Source: an uncultured Prochlorococcus sp. (GTDB lineage: Bacteria; Cyanobacteriota; Cyanobacteriia; PCC-6307; Cyanobiaceae). From it: a stretch of DNA of 64,000 nucleotides. Shown here one piece after another: positions 51,317-62,202 of the stretch (its first letter is position 1; each line of letters opens with the position of its first letter). The position numbers and the translations under genes are program-made. The stretch lies in assembly GCA_902564235.1 (NCBI GenBank), contig CACFAG010000001.1:127284-191283 (forward strand). The letters are read 5' to 3'. A model generated the notes under the pieces. It was not told the origin of the DNA and ran no database searches. It saw nothing but the letters and a program-made list of their open reading frames with translations.

Positions 51317-52075
51317 ATGGAAAATTATAAAAATCCTATCTCACTATTTAAACAAACTAATTTTTCAAAAACTATTTGGTGGCAATTAAAAGTTAATATT
51401 TCGGGGTATCAAAATGAAACAGAAGATAAATTAGTTACTGAGATATTTAAAAATAGAATTTTTAGGCTTATTTATCCAAATATTTATCAAAACAACCATA
51501 AATTTTCAAGAATACTAGTTCAACTATATGAAGATGGTTACGTCTGTTGGATAAATTTAGATGGATTAATTATTGAGAAATACAAATTCAAAAAAAATAA
51601 AAGTTTAGAAAATGAACACTTCATTATAAAAGATAAAGTTAACTCAATTTTAAAATGGATCAAGGATCAATCTGAGTTAGATAATGAATATCTTTGGGGA
51701 GGTACATTAGGACCAAATTTTGATTGTTCTGGATTAATTCAGACTGCTTTTTTAAAGCATCAAATTTATATACCTCGAGACTCTTTTCAAATAAAGAGTT
51801 TTTGTAAGCACCTTTTTTATTACAAAGAATCGTATTCGGCTCTACGACCTGGCGATCTTTTATTTTTTGGAAATGAAGAAAAATGTGATCATATTGGAAT
51901 CTACAAAGGAGACGGATTCTATTACCATAGCTCTGGAATGGATTTTGGCAGAAATGGAATAGGATTAGACACCCTAAAAAAGTCTAATGATAAAATCTCA
52001 TTGCATTATAAATCTAAACTAATTTCGGCAGGAAGAGTATTTAGAAATTATAGATGGGACCGAACTATACGTTAA
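51317..52075 (+). CDS. NlpC/P60 (C40) peptidase
   Basis: YLWGG...FDCSG, PGDLLFFG...HIGIY...YHSSG. Confidence 0.9.
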   Translation: MENYKNPISLFKQTNFSKTIWWQLKVNISGYQNETEDKLVTEIFKNRIFRLIYPNIYQNNHKFSRILVQLYEDGYVCWINLDGLIIEKYKFKKNKSLENEHFIIKDKVNSILKWIKDQSELDNEYLWGGTLGPNFDCSGLIQTAFLKHQIYIPRDSFQIKSFCKHLFYYKESYSALRPGDLLFFGNEEKCDHIGIYKGDGFYYHSSGMDFGRNGIGLDTLKKSNDKISLHYKSKLISAGRVFRNYRWDRTIR

Positions 52076-52138
52076 TTAATAGCGGTCACCTTAAATTTTT
52101 AAATTTAATTGAATATTACTTATTCTTTGATTTATAAA

Positions 52139-52738
52139 TTAACCAGCAGTCCAAATATTTTTAATGATTGGCATTATGGTATCTAAGTGTAATGTCCCAA
52201 CAAGTAACCAAGCAAAAACAGCTCCTCCACATCCTCCTAACCAAAATCCACTTGTAAAATCAGCCCAACCAGCTCTTGTAAATAAGTCCTTTGGAGGATT
52301 ATTAACAGTCGCATCTGGAGGTTGAACATTAGGTGCTTTACCAGGTGCATTATATAGAACAAAAAGTGCTGTCAAAATATGAACAGCTCCAATAGTAGCG
52401 AGAAGTCCAGCTGTTAGAGCAAATTCAGAATTTCTTAACGGGCCAGTCATGGTAAAAGGTCCGTATAGAAGATATCCAAAAGCTGCTCCAGTTTCTAAAC
52501 CTCTAAAATTAGGGGAAATACCTTCTCTATAAAAAGGTAAATTATTTATAAAGGCTTTTGTAAAATAACCACTATTAACAGGAGTAGCTAAATTACCAGC
52601 ACAAGGATCAGCAACTGTTTTTACTGCCCATTGTTCTGCTACGCCAATATCATTTGGTTGTACAGAAGTATCTATGTATTTCTCATCAAACTTAATAGAA
52701 CTTGTTGATTCAGAGAATGATTTTTGAAAGTCGCTCAT
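52139..52738 (-). CDS. psaL: Photosystem I subunit XI
   Basis: [38 protein letters not shown]; long N-terminal extension. Confidence 0.96.
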   Translation of the reverse strand: MSDFQKSFSESTSSIKFDEKYIDTSVQPNDIGVAEQWAVKTVADPCAGNLATPVNSGYFTKAFINNLPFYREGISPNFRGLETGAAFGYLLYGPFTMTGPLRNSEFALTAGLLATIGAVHILTALFVLYNAPGKAPNVQPPDATVNNPPKDLFTRAGWADFTSGFWLGGCGGAVFAWLLVGTLHLDTIMPIIKNIWTAG

Positions 52739-52765
52739 TTTTTTAATAGTTTAGTGTTTGATAAT

Positions 52766-52879
52766 TTATTCAGTTGCTGTAATTAATCTTCCAATCAATA
52801 CGATAAAAACAGCAGGCATTGCTATACCAATTAATGGAACAAAAATTGAGGGTAAAAGACTTGGTAAATCAGATGGCAT
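52766..52879 (-). CDS. psaI: Photosystem I subunit VIII, 37 aa (absent from ORF track)
   Basis: Hand translation MPSDLPSLLPSIFVPLIGIAMPAVFIVLIGRLITATE*; LPSIFVPL motif; directly upstream of psaL. Confidence 0.94.
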   Translation of the reverse strand: MPSDLPSLLPSIFVPLIGIAMPAVFIVLIGRLITATE

Positions 52880-52971
52880 AGTTCTTTAAACATCTTTAGA
52901 CACTTTAGTATTTATCAGCGAAATAATGTTAATTTTATTACTGGATGATATAAAAATTATTAACTTTTTAC

Positions 52972-53361
52972 ATGTTAAATTTTTTCGCAATTTTACTTAT
53001 TATTTTTATAGAAATATTACTTGTAGTTTTTAAAAAAAGAAGCTTAAAAAAGTTAATAAATCAAAGCAATTTAAATTCTATTAAATTAAAGAAAAATAAA
53101 AAAAGTAATAATAAATTTCTATCTAAAAAAATAGCTATTTATACAATCACGAAGAAAAAAAACTCAGTATTTTATAAAAATTCTCAAAGAAATAAAATGA
53201 TTAGTTTTTTTCAGAGTGATACAGAAAATAAATTAAAGGCATTAAAAATTGCGGAAGAATTGGCTGATAAGTCAACATTACCAATTTTACGAAAAGACTT
53301 AAGAGATATTTCTTCTGAAGTCGTTGAAATTTCAGCTTTATTAATAAGACAGTTCAAGTAA
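52972..53361 (+). CDS. Hypothetical protein: N-terminal TM, Lys/Asn-rich linker, C-terminal HEAT-like repeat
   Basis: KLKALKIAEELADKSTLPILRKDLRDISSEVVEISALLI resembles one HEAT repeat. Confidence 0.6.
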   Translation: MLNFFAILLIIFIEILLVVFKKRSLKKLINQSNLNSIKLKKNKKSNNKFLSKKIAIYTITKKKNSVFYKNSQRNKMISFFQSDTENKLKALKIAEELADKSTLPILRKDLRDISSEVVEISALLIRQFK

Positions 53362-53365
53362 ACAA

Positions 53366-54328
53366 TCAATTTTGCTTAGCACTGTTTATTGTTCTAATTC
53401 TGTAAATTGGACGATTTTGACTTTCATGATATGTCCTGATTAAAAGTTCGCTCAATAATCCAAAGCTAAATAATTGAACACCAGCAATTCCTAATATTAA
53501 TGCAAACATCAGCAACGGACGATTTCCAATATCCGCACCCATTATTTTTAAAACTATCAAATAAGAACTTATCGCAAGGCTAAAGAAAATACTTATAATT
53601 CCAACAAAACCAAATCCATACATCGGTCTTGTTAAAAATTTAGTCATAAACCAAACAGTTAGTAAATCCATTAAAACTCTAAAAGTTCTATCAATTCCAT
53701 ATTTACTAAATCCATATTGCCTGCTCCTATGATTTACTTTAATTTCTTTAATTCTTGCACCTTCAATATTTGCTAAAATTGGCAAAAACCTGTGAAGTTC
53801 GCCATATAACTTTATATCTTCTATTATTTCTTTCTTAAACGCTTTTAATGAGCAACCATAGTCATGCAACTTCAAACCTGTTACGTGAGCTATTAACTTA
53901 TTCGCTATTTTTGATGGTATCTTTCTATTAATTAATTTATCTTTTCTATCAAACCTCCAACCACAAACCAAATCATAACCATTATTAATTTCTGAAATTA
54001 ATAATGGAATATCATTTGGATCATTCTGTAAATCACCATCCAAAGTAATAACAATATCGCCATTAGAATTATCAAAGCCAGCTGACATTGCTGCAGTTTG
54101 ACCATAATTTTTGCGAAGGGAAATTACTGACAATTCTTTAATTTTGAGAGTTAATTGCTTTAATACTTGTTGAGTATTATCTTTAGAACCATCATTTACA
54201 ACAATCAATTCAAAATTAAATTTATGAGATGACATTACATTTATAACTTCATCCAATAAAAGACCAATACTCTCGCTTTCATTGAAAACAGGGACGATAA
54301 TAGAAATTAATTGTTTTATATCTGACAT
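53366..54328 (-). CDS. GT2 polyprenol-phosphate glycosyltransferase (ArnC/GtrB-like)
   Basis: SIIVPVFNE, VNDGSKD, RKNYGQTAA, LDGDLQNDP, two C-terminal TM helices. Confidence 0.9.
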   Translation of the reverse strand: MSDIKQLISIIVPVFNESESIGLLLDEVINVMSSHKFNFELIVVNDGSKDNTQQVLKQLTLKIKELSVISLRKNYGQTAAMSAGFDNSNGDIVITLDGDLQNDPNDIPLLISEINNGYDLVCGWRFDRKDKLINRKIPSKIANKLIAHVTGLKLHDYGCSLKAFKKEIIEDIKLYGELHRFLPILANIEGARIKEIKVNHRSRQYGFSKYGIDRTFRVLMDLLTVWFMTKFLTRPMYGFGFVGIISIFFSLAISSYLIVLKIMGADIGNRPLLMFALILGIAGVQLFSFGLLSELLIRTYHESQNRPIYRIRTINSAKQN

Positions 54329-54387
54329 TTATATTTAATAATTATAATTACACAATTTTAACTTAATTTAGAACATTAAAATTAAAC

Positions 54388-54416
54388 AAAAAAAATCACC
54401 ACTTTTGTGGTGATTT
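54388..54416 (-). terminator. Rho-independent terminator of psaAB
   Basis: AAATCACCAC-TTTT-GTGGTGATTT stem followed on the minus strand by a T-run, 18 nt after the psaB stop. Confidence 0.85.
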
Positions 54417-54434
54417 AAATTATTTAAGGGAAAT

Positions 54435-56663
54435 TTAACCAAACTTACCTGAAGTGGATGCGATAACAAATGCCCCAAATGTAAGTATGTTTCCAATCGT
54501 GAAATGTGCTAGTCCAACTAATCTAGCTTGAACAATTGAAAGTGCAACTGGCTTATCTCTCCAACCAACAAGGTTAGCAATTGGAGTACGCTGATGTGCC
54601 CAAACTAATGTTTCAATTAACTCTTGCCAGTAACCACGCCATGATATTAGGAACATGAAACCAGTAGCCCAAACTAAGTGACCGAATAGGAACATCCAAG
54701 CCCAAGGAGATAGAGAATTTACTCCAAATGGATTATATCCATTAATAAGTTGAGCAGAGTTTAACCAGAGATAATCTCTGAACCAACCCATTAGATAAGT
54801 TCCTGATTCATTAAATTGTGCTACATTACCCTGCCAAATTGCTAGGTGTTTCCAATGCCAGTAGAAAGTTACCCATGCTAATAGATTTAATGCCCAGAAC
54901 ATAGCTAAGTACATAGCGTCCCAAGATGAACTATCACAAGTACCTCCACGTCCAGGACCATCACAAGGGAATGCATAACCTAAATCTTTCTTGTCAGGAA
55001 TTAATTTTGTTCCTCTAGCATCAAGTGCACCTTTGATAAGAATTAATGCGGTTGTATGAAGACCTAAAGCAATAGCATGGTGAACTAAGAAATCTGCAGG
55101 ACCAATTGGTAAGAAAGCACTTAATGCATCTTGTCTATTAATAAGATCCATCCAGTAATGGTTACCCGGCAATGAATTAGCAGCGAGGCTTGCTGAGCTT
55201 GTAGGATCAGATAATAAAGCGTTAAAGCCGTACATCATCTTACCTTGAGCAGCTTGAATGAATTGAGCAAATACTGGCTCAATTAGAATTTGCTTTTCAG
55301 GATTACCAAAAGCCACAACAACATCGTTATGAACATAAATTCCAAGAGTATGGAATCCAAGCAACATTGTTACCCAACTAAGGTGACTTATCAAAGCTTC
55401 CTTCGTTCCAAGCACTCTTGCTAATACATTATCTTTGTTTAATTCTGGATCGTAATCTCTAACAAAGAAAATAGCACCGTGTGCGAAAGCACCAACCATC
55501 AAGAACATTGCTATGTACTGATGATGACTGTATAAAGCAGATTGTGTAGTGTAGTCCCTTGCAATGAAGGCATAAGAAGGAAGTGCACCCATATGTTGAG
55601 CTACAAGAGAAGTAGCTACACCAAGTGATGCTAATGCTAGTCCTAGTTGGAAATGTAATGAATTATTTACAGTTTCATATATTCCATCGTGGTTAATACC
55701 GAAACTACCTTTATGAGGATCATTAGGGTGTCTTGTATTATGAGCTTCTGTAATTTCTTTGAGGCTATGACCAATACCAAAGGTATTTCTATACATATGA
55801 CCAGCAATTACAAAAACTGTTCCAATCGCTATATGATGATGCGCAATATCAGTAAGCCATAATGCTTCACTTTGAGGATGAAGACCACCTAAAAAAGTAA
55901 AGATTGCTGTACCAGCTCCCTCGGCTGTTCCAAATACTTGATCTAGAGAATCAGGATTTTGAGCATATGCTCCCCAGTTTAAAGTAAAGAAAGGGGCTAA
56001 TCCTGCAGGGTGTGGAAGAACTGTTAACCAGTTATCCCAACCCACATGCTGTCCTCTTGATTCAGGTATAGCAACATGAACTAAATGACCTGTCCAAGCA
56101 ATACTACTAAAACCAAATAAAACCGCTAAATGATGATTTAATCTTGACTCTGCATTTTTAAACCAAGCTAAAGAAGGTCTGAATTTTGGCTGTAAGTGTA
56201 ACCAACCTGCAAATAGAGTCCAACAAGCCAAAATACTCATGAATATTGAAGCTTGGAAGAGTTGCTCGTTAGTTCTCATTCCAATTGTGTACCACCAATG
56301 GTAAAGACCTGAGTAAGCTATGTTTACTGGACCACTAGCTCCAGCTTGTGTCATTGCTTCTGTGATGCCAGATCCAAAATGTGGATCCCAAATAGCATGA
56401 GCAATAGGACGAACGTGAGTTGGATCAAGTACAAACTGTTCGAAGTTACCTTGCCAAGCAATATGAAATAAGTTACCAGCTACCCAGAGGGCGATTATTG
56501 CTAGATGACCAAAATGTGTAGAGAAAAGCTTCTGATAAAGCTTTTCTTCGGTCATACCATCATGACTTTCAAAGTCGTGAGCGGTAGCTATTCCGTACCA
56601 TATTCGTCGAGTTGTAGGGTCCTGAGCTAGACCCTGGTTAAATGATGGAAATTTTGTTGCCAT
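54435..56663 (-). CDS. psaB: Photosystem I P700 apoprotein A2
   Basis: [47 protein letters not shown]. Confidence 0.99.
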   Translation of the reverse strand: MATKFPSFNQGLAQDPTTRRIWYGIATAHDFESHDGMTEEKLYQKLFSTHFGHLAIIALWVAGNLFHIAWQGNFEQFVLDPTHVRPIAHAIWDPHFGSGITEAMTQAGASGPVNIAYSGLYHWWYTIGMRTNEQLFQASIFMSILACWTLFAGWLHLQPKFRPSLAWFKNAESRLNHHLAVLFGFSSIAWTGHLVHVAIPESRGQHVGWDNWLTVLPHPAGLAPFFTLNWGAYAQNPDSLDQVFGTAEGAGTAIFTFLGGLHPQSEALWLTDIAHHHIAIGTVFVIAGHMYRNTFGIGHSLKEITEAHNTRHPNDPHKGSFGINHDGIYETVNNSLHFQLGLALASLGVATSLVAQHMGALPSYAFIARDYTTQSALYSHHQYIAMFLMVGAFAHGAIFFVRDYDPELNKDNVLARVLGTKEALISHLSWVTMLLGFHTLGIYVHNDVVVAFGNPEKQILIEPVFAQFIQAAQGKMMYGFNALLSDPTSSASLAANSLPGNHYWMDLINRQDALSAFLPIGPADFLVHHAIALGLHTTALILIKGALDARGTKLIPDKKDLGYAFPCDGPGRGGTCDSSSWDAMYLAMFWALNLLAWVTFYWHWKHLAIWQGNVAQFNESGTYLMGWFRDYLWLNSAQLINGYNPFGVNSLSPWAWMFLFGHLVWATGFMFLISWRGYWQELIETLVWAHQRTPIANLVGWRDKPVALSIVQARLVGLAHFTIGNILTFGAFVIASTSGKFG

Positions 56664-56690
56664 TGAATTAAAAAGGTGAAGTTCAGGTAA

Positions 56691-58994
56691 TTAGCCCAGG
56701 CCGAAAAGGCGAGCATGGAAGAAGGCCCATGTGGTAGCAATACCACCGACAAGGAAGTGTGTTACACCTACTGCTCTACCTTGGGTGATAGATAAAGCTC
56801 TTGGTTGAATGGTTGGAGCAACTTTAAGTTTGTTATGTGCCCAAACAATTGATTCGAATAATTCTTGCCAATATCCCCTCCCACTAAAGAGGAACATTAA
56901 ACTAAATGCCCATATGAAATGAGCCCCCAAGAACATCAAACCGTACATGCTTATTGATTGACCATAACTTGTTAATACTTGAGAAGCTTGCGCCCAAAGG
57001 AAATCTCTTAACCAACCATTAATAGTAATGGAACTTTGTGCGAAGTTACCACCAGTAAGTCCCCAAACATCACTCTGCATTTTCCAAGAGAAGTGGAAAA
57101 TTACTATTGATAAACAGTTATACATCCAGAAAAGGGCTAAGAAAACGTGGTCCCATGAAGAAACTTGACATGTACCACCTCTTCCAGGTCCATCACAAGG
57201 GAATCTAAATCCTAAAGAAGCTTTATCAGGAATCAACCTAGAACTTCTTGCATAAAGTACTCCTTTGAGAAGTATCAAAACAGTTACGTGAATTTGGAAA
57301 GCATGAATATGGTGAATCATTAAATCAGCTGTCCCTAATGGAATTGGAGCTATAGCAACCTTTCCACCCACTTCTACTAAACTGCCATTAAAAACTTCAC
57401 TTAAAGCTTTGTGAGGTAAAGCTTCTGCAGTACCTGCTAAAAGAGAAGTTCCAACAGCAGATGCTTGAATACTCTGTACCCATTGAGCAAAAATTGGCTG
57501 GAGTTGGATTGCAGAATCACTAAACATATCTTGAGGTCTACCCAAAGCCCTCATAGTGTCGTTATGAATGTAGAGTCCAAAGCTATGGAATCCTAACCAC
57601 ATACATACCCAATTCAAGTGGCTGATTAAAGCATCTCTTGCTTTGAGGATTCTGTCTAATACATTATCAATATGCTTTGCTGGATCATAATCTCTAACCA
57701 TTGCAATTCCAGCATGGGCGCCTGCACCTACTATGAATAATCCACCTATCCACATGTGATGAGTAAATAATCCAAGAACTGTCATGTAGTCAGTAGCTAT
57801 ATATGGATATGGAGGCATCGCATACATGTGATGAGATACAAGTATGCTTATTGATCCAAGCATTGCTAGGTTTACTGCAAGCTGGGCATGTCTACTTTCT
57901 GCCATGAACTCAAAAAGACCTTGATGACCTTTAGGAGCTGGAAATAATATTGGGTCTCCTTGCTGTGAATCTAATATTTCTTTCATACTATGACCAATAC
58001 CGTAATTAGTCCTATACATATGACCACCAATGATTGCTATTACACCAAAAGCTAAGTGATGATGTGAAACGTCAGTCATCCATAAACTTCCTGTCACAGG
58101 GTTAAGACCACCTTTGAAAGTAAGGAAATCTGAGAAAGCTAACCAGTTTAAACTAAAGAAATTACCTGTACCACTTGCTAATCCTGGAAATATCTGACCG
58201 ATGATTTGTGGATCACATAGTTGATGCGGCATAGGCATATCTGCAATAGTTGCTATTTCTTTACCATTGATTACTAAAGGAGAGCCTGCATCAATGGCAT
58301 CTAAGAGAGCTGCAGTAGGAGCTCCTATATGAATACAATGGCCAGCCCATGCTAAAGATCCTAACCCTACTAAACCAGCTATGTGGTGGTTAAGCATAGA
58401 CTCAATATCTTGGAACCACTCCATTTTTGGAGCTGCTTTGTGATAATGAAAGATTCCTGCATGAAGCATAAGTGCAGCCATTACTACAGCACCTATTGCT
58501 AATGCCATTAGTTCACTTTCGTTAGTTATTCCCCATGCTCTCCACATGTGGAAAATTCCTGAACTTATTTGAATTCCGTTGTAGTTAGCTCCAAGATCAG
58601 CATTCAGCATTTCTTGGCCAACTATTGCCCAAACTTGTTGAGCACCAGGTTTAACGTGAGTTGGGTCAGCTAACCAACCTGAATAATTAGAAAATCTTGC
58701 TCCATGGAAAAATGCTGCACTCATCCATATGAAAATAACTGCAAGATGTCCAAAATGAGCTGAAAAGATTTTTCTTGTTGCTTCTTCAGCATCGCCTGTA
58801 TGCACATCAAAATCATGTGCGTCAGCATGCAAATTCCAGATCCAAGTTGTAGTTTTTGGACCTTTAGATAATTTACTTGACCAGAAACCTGGCTTATCTA
58901 ATTTGGCAAAATCAATAGGTCTTGGATCGGCCTTTACAGGATCTTCCAAAACTTTTTTGTTTTTTTCTCCACTTTCTGGTGGGCTGATGGTCAT
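56691..58994 (-). CDS. psaA: Photosystem I P700 apoprotein A1
   Basis: [44 protein letters not shown]; GAGGTG SD upstream. Confidence 0.99.
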   Translation of the reverse strand: MTISPPESGEKNKKVLEDPVKADPRPIDFAKLDKPGFWSSKLSKGPKTTTWIWNLHADAHDFDVHTGDAEEATRKIFSAHFGHLAVIFIWMSAAFFHGARFSNYSGWLADPTHVKPGAQQVWAIVGQEMLNADLGANYNGIQISSGIFHMWRAWGITNESELMALAIGAVVMAALMLHAGIFHYHKAAPKMEWFQDIESMLNHHIAGLVGLGSLAWAGHCIHIGAPTAALLDAIDAGSPLVINGKEIATIADMPMPHQLCDPQIIGQIFPGLASGTGNFFSLNWLAFSDFLTFKGGLNPVTGSLWMTDVSHHHLAFGVIAIIGGHMYRTNYGIGHSMKEILDSQQGDPILFPAPKGHQGLFEFMAESRHAQLAVNLAMLGSISILVSHHMYAMPPYPYIATDYMTVLGLFTHHMWIGGLFIVGAGAHAGIAMVRDYDPAKHIDNVLDRILKARDALISHLNWVCMWLGFHSFGLYIHNDTMRALGRPQDMFSDSAIQLQPIFAQWVQSIQASAVGTSLLAGTAEALPHKALSEVFNGSLVEVGGKVAIAPIPLGTADLMIHHIHAFQIHVTVLILLKGVLYARSSRLIPDKASLGFRFPCDGPGRGGTCQVSSWDHVFLALFWMYNCLSIVIFHFSWKMQSDVWGLTGGNFAQSSITINGWLRDFLWAQASQVLTSYGQSISMYGLMFLGAHFIWAFSLMFLFSGRGYWQELFESIVWAHNKLKVAPTIQPRALSITQGRAVGVTHFLVGGIATTWAFFHARLFGLG

Positions 58995-59330
58995 CTAGCA
59001 CCTCGAAAATAATTGACATTAAAGCCGATTGATCGGATCTCGAACTTATTTATAATGATAAAGTTCAAGAAAACGAATCCCTCGGAAACTTTAGATATTC
59101 GTTTCAAAAATAATAAGGCAAAGATTCTTTCGTTATGCATTAACGTAACAAATGTTCTAATGATTGTTACTATATGAATATTTTGTTAAATTCTTGTCTA
59201 TGACTAGACTATGAGTATTTTTACTCAAATTTAACATAAATTTCTTAAATTTTTTTTTATATTTCAAAGTAAATTTTTTTAAATCCAGCAACAGGATATA
59301 ATTTCAACGTATCCGTCAATAGTTTCTGAT

Positions 59331-61133
59331 TTGAAAGGAATTGCTATAGGTCTATCTAATAATTCAAAAGAAATTTTAAAAAGGCTTAAAAAAACAGAAT
59401 TTGTCAAAGAAATATATATTGCAGGTTCTTCAAAAGAGGATGGTAAGGAAAATGAACTTATTCAAGTACAAAAACCTAAAGAAATCTTACTTAAAAAATG
59501 GCCAGAGATAGATTTAATAATTTTTATAGGCTCCATCGCTGCATCAATACGCATAATAAATTCTTTTTTAACCTCAAAAGATCAAGATCCTGGTGTAATA
59601 GTTATTGATAACAAATGTTCCAAGATAGTTCCTTTAATTGGTTTGCATCAGTCAAATACGCAAAATATTGCATGTCAAATTGCTAATCTACTTGGTGGCG
59701 AAATAATAGAAACTAATAATTCCAATGATCAAAGCTTCTTAAATCTTGATGCATTTGGGAATCAATGGGGTTGGCAAAGATCTGGCAACATAAAGGATTG
59801 GTCAAAACTAGTAATTAAACAAGCTAATAACGAAAAAATATTTTGCAAACAATTAACTGGTAATAGCTTATGGAAAAATTCAGAATCAGGGGAGAGTATT
59901 AATCAAATTAATGAAAAAGAAATTGAAAAACCAGATGCAACTTTTCATGTGAGTATATTCGAAAATCAAGAAACTACTTGGCACCCGCCGGTATTATGGA
60001 TTGGCATTGGATGTGAAAGAAATACAAGCAAAGACTTAATAGCAAATTCTTTAAATAATTTTCTTGAGTCAGGAAATTTATCACAGAAATCAATTGCGGG
60101 ATTTGCAACTATTGATATTAAAAATAATGAGAAAGGAATTTTAGAACTTGTTAAAGAAAGAAACTTGCCTATAAAGTTTTTTAGTAAAGAAGATCTTTCA
60201 AAAATAATTGTTCCAAATCCATCAAATGTTGTACAAAATGAAATTGGAACCCCTTCCGTAGCAGAAGCCTCTTGCTTACTAGCGGCAGGAGAAAAATCAA
60301 AATTATTAGAAGAAAAAAGAATTTTTAAAAATCAATCTGGGGCAGTAACTATCGCTATAGCAGAATCAAAAAAGCAATATAATCCAACCAATGGCGAAAT
60401 CCATATTATTGGAAGTGGGCCTGGTGATATCTCCTTCCTAACCAATAATGCAAGAAAAGCACTTTCAAGATGTACAGTTTGGATTGGATACAAAATGTAT
60501 TTGGATTTAATAAAACCTATAAAAAGGAATGATCAGGTTTTAATTGAAAGCAGACTTACTGAAGAAAAAGAGAGATGCAGCAAAGCAATTAAAATAGCGG
60601 AGGAAGGAATAAAAGTGGCTTTAATTTCTTCAGGTGAATCTGGATTTTATGGAATGGCAGGGTTACTTTTAGAGTTACTTCAAAAAATCAAAAAAGAATA
60701 TAGACCTTACTTTGAAGTACATCCAGGTATTAGTAGTGTTCAATTAGCTGCTGCGATTAGTGGAGCACCACTAATGAATGACTTTTGTTCAGTAAGCTTA
60801 AGCGATAAATTAACTCCATGGTCTTTAATAGAAAAAAGAATTGAAGGAGCTCTGCTGGGTGACTTTGTAATAGCTTTATTTAATCCTCAATCCATTGAAA
60901 GAAATTGGCAGCTAAAAAGTGTAATAGATATATGTTTAAAATCTAGGCATGGTGATACTCCAGTTTTAATAGCTAGACAAGTAGGGAGAGACGATCAAAC
61001 CAAAAAATTTTTTACTTTAAATACTATTCCTTTTAAAGAGATTGATATGTTATCAATAATTATTATTGGCAATTCTCAAACGACCTTAGTTGACGAAATA
61101 TTTCTCACTCCCAGAGGATATTTACAAAATTAA
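59331..61133 (+). CDS. cobJ: Bifunctional CbiG / precorrin-3B C17-methyltransferase
   Basis: CbiG: KDQDPGVIVID, IGIGCER, GTPSVAEAS; CobJ: IGSGPGD, ISSGESGFYGMAG, SVSLSDKLTPW, TPRGY. Confidence 0.92.
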   Translation: MKGIAIGLSNNSKEILKRLKKTEFVKEIYIAGSSKEDGKENELIQVQKPKEILLKKWPEIDLIIFIGSIAASIRIINSFLTSKDQDPGVIVIDNKCSKIVPLIGLHQSNTQNIACQIANLLGGEIIETNNSNDQSFLNLDAFGNQWGWQRSGNIKDWSKLVIKQANNEKIFCKQLTGNSLWKNSESGESINQINEKEIEKPDATFHVSIFENQETTWHPPVLWIGIGCERNTSKDLIANSLNNFLESGNLSQKSIAGFATIDIKNNEKGILELVKERNLPIKFFSKEDLSKIIVPNPSNVVQNEIGTPSVAEASCLLAAGEKSKLLEEKRIFKNQSGAVTIAIAESKKQYNPTNGEIHIIGSGPGDISFLTNNARKALSRCTVWIGYKMYLDLIKPIKRNDQVLIESRLTEEKERCSKAIKIAEEGIKVALISSGESGFYGMAGLLLELLQKIKKEYRPYFEVHPGISSVQLAAAISGAPLMNDFCSVSLSDKLTPWSLIEKRIEGALLGDFVIALFNPQSIERNWQLKSVIDICLKSRHGDTPVLIARQVGRDDQTKKFFTLNTIPFKEIDMLSIIIIGNSQTTLVDEIFLTPRGYLQN

Positions 61134-61230
61134 GTTTAGAGAATCCATAATTTTATATATAGAAAGTTTTTCTTTGCTTTTTCATTATAAGAATACTAAT
61201 CTTTTATAATAACGATTTAAGAAAAATTAA

Positions 61231-62019
61231 TTGAAAAAAATTGGTTTAATTTTGTTTGACATTGATGGGGTAATCCGCAGCGTAGAAAATAGTTACAGAC
61301 TTTCATTAAAAAAAACAGTTTACAAATTTTCCGGATGGGAGCCGAGTTATATAGATATTGATAATGCAAAAAATGAAGGGATCTGGAATAATGACTGGGA
61401 TTTAAGTTTAGAACTTATAAAAAGATGTATAAAAAAAGAGAACTTAAACCTTGAAATTCCTCCAAGAGAGGAGATAGTAAAATGTTTTGAAGAGTTTTAC
61501 TTTGGTGGAGATCCAAATAAAGATAGTAAATACTGGTCTGGTTACATTACAAATGAGGAGTTATTAGTTGATAAAAAGTTTTTCGATTTAATTCAAGGTA
61601 ATGGAATAATCTGGGGTTTTGTTAGTGGTGCAGAGTCTGCTTCTGCAAAATTTGTTTTAGAAAAAAGGCTTGGACTAAAATCACCACCATTAATATCTAT
61701 GGGAGATGCCCCTGACAAGCCTGATCCTAAAGGTTTTATTAACTTATCAAAAAAGCTTATTGGAGATAAACTTGGCGAATCAAATATACCCATTGCATAT
61801 GTAGGAGATACTATTGCAGATATAAATACAGTTATAAACGCTAGAAAGGAAATACCATCTCAGAAATTCATAAGTATCGGAATAGCTCCCCCTCATTTAC
61901 ATTTACATTCTCGATTAAAAGAACGTAATTCTTACGAAACAAATCTTAGAGATGCAGGCGCTGACTTGATTTTAAATTCTATTTATGACCTTAAAGATAT
62001 TAATCTTGACTTGTTTTAA
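61231..62019 (+). CDS. HAD-superfamily hydrolase (TIGR01548-like)
   Basis: LFDIDGVIR, NNDWD, KPDP, YVGDTIAD. Confidence 0.88.
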   Translation: MKKIGLILFDIDGVIRSVENSYRLSLKKTVYKFSGWEPSYIDIDNAKNEGIWNNDWDLSLELIKRCIKKENLNLEIPPREEIVKCFEEFYFGGDPNKDSKYWSGYITNEELLVDKKFFDLIQGNGIIWGFVSGAESASAKFVLEKRLGLKSPPLISMGDAPDKPDPKGFINLSKKLIGDKLGESNIPIAYVGDTIADINTVINARKEIPSQKFISIGIAPPHLHLHSRLKERNSYETNLRDAGADLILNSIYDLKDINLDLF

Positions 62020-62052
62020 AACAAATATTTTTAAAATTTTCTAAATAAATAA

Positions 62053-62141
62053 CGGAGAGGGAGGGATTCGAACCCTCGACAAAAGTTACCTCCTGTAACT
62101 CCTTAGCAGGGAGCCGCTTTCAACCACTCAGCCACCTCTCC
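62053..62141 (-). tRNA. trnS: tRNA-Ser(GCT)
   Basis: Minus strand GGAGAGGTGGCTGAGTGGTTGAAAGCG-GCTCC-CTGCTAA-GGAGT, long variable arm, GGTTCGAATCC, CCTCTCCG. Confidence 0.96.
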
Positions 62142-62202
62142 AGTTCTTATACATTATCAATTTTTATGCAAACATTCAAAATTTTTTATTTAATCGAAAT
62201 GT

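Noticed and set aside
59140-59195. RpaB/HLR1 direct repeats upstream of psaA
   Set aside because: Best match (TATTCATA-TA-GTAACAAT, minus strand) has three mismatches in very AT-rich DNA; plausible but not supportable by eye.
59230-59330. Cobalamin riboswitch upstream of cbiG-cobJ
   Set aside because: No B12-box or GC-rich core; the region is short and AT-rich.
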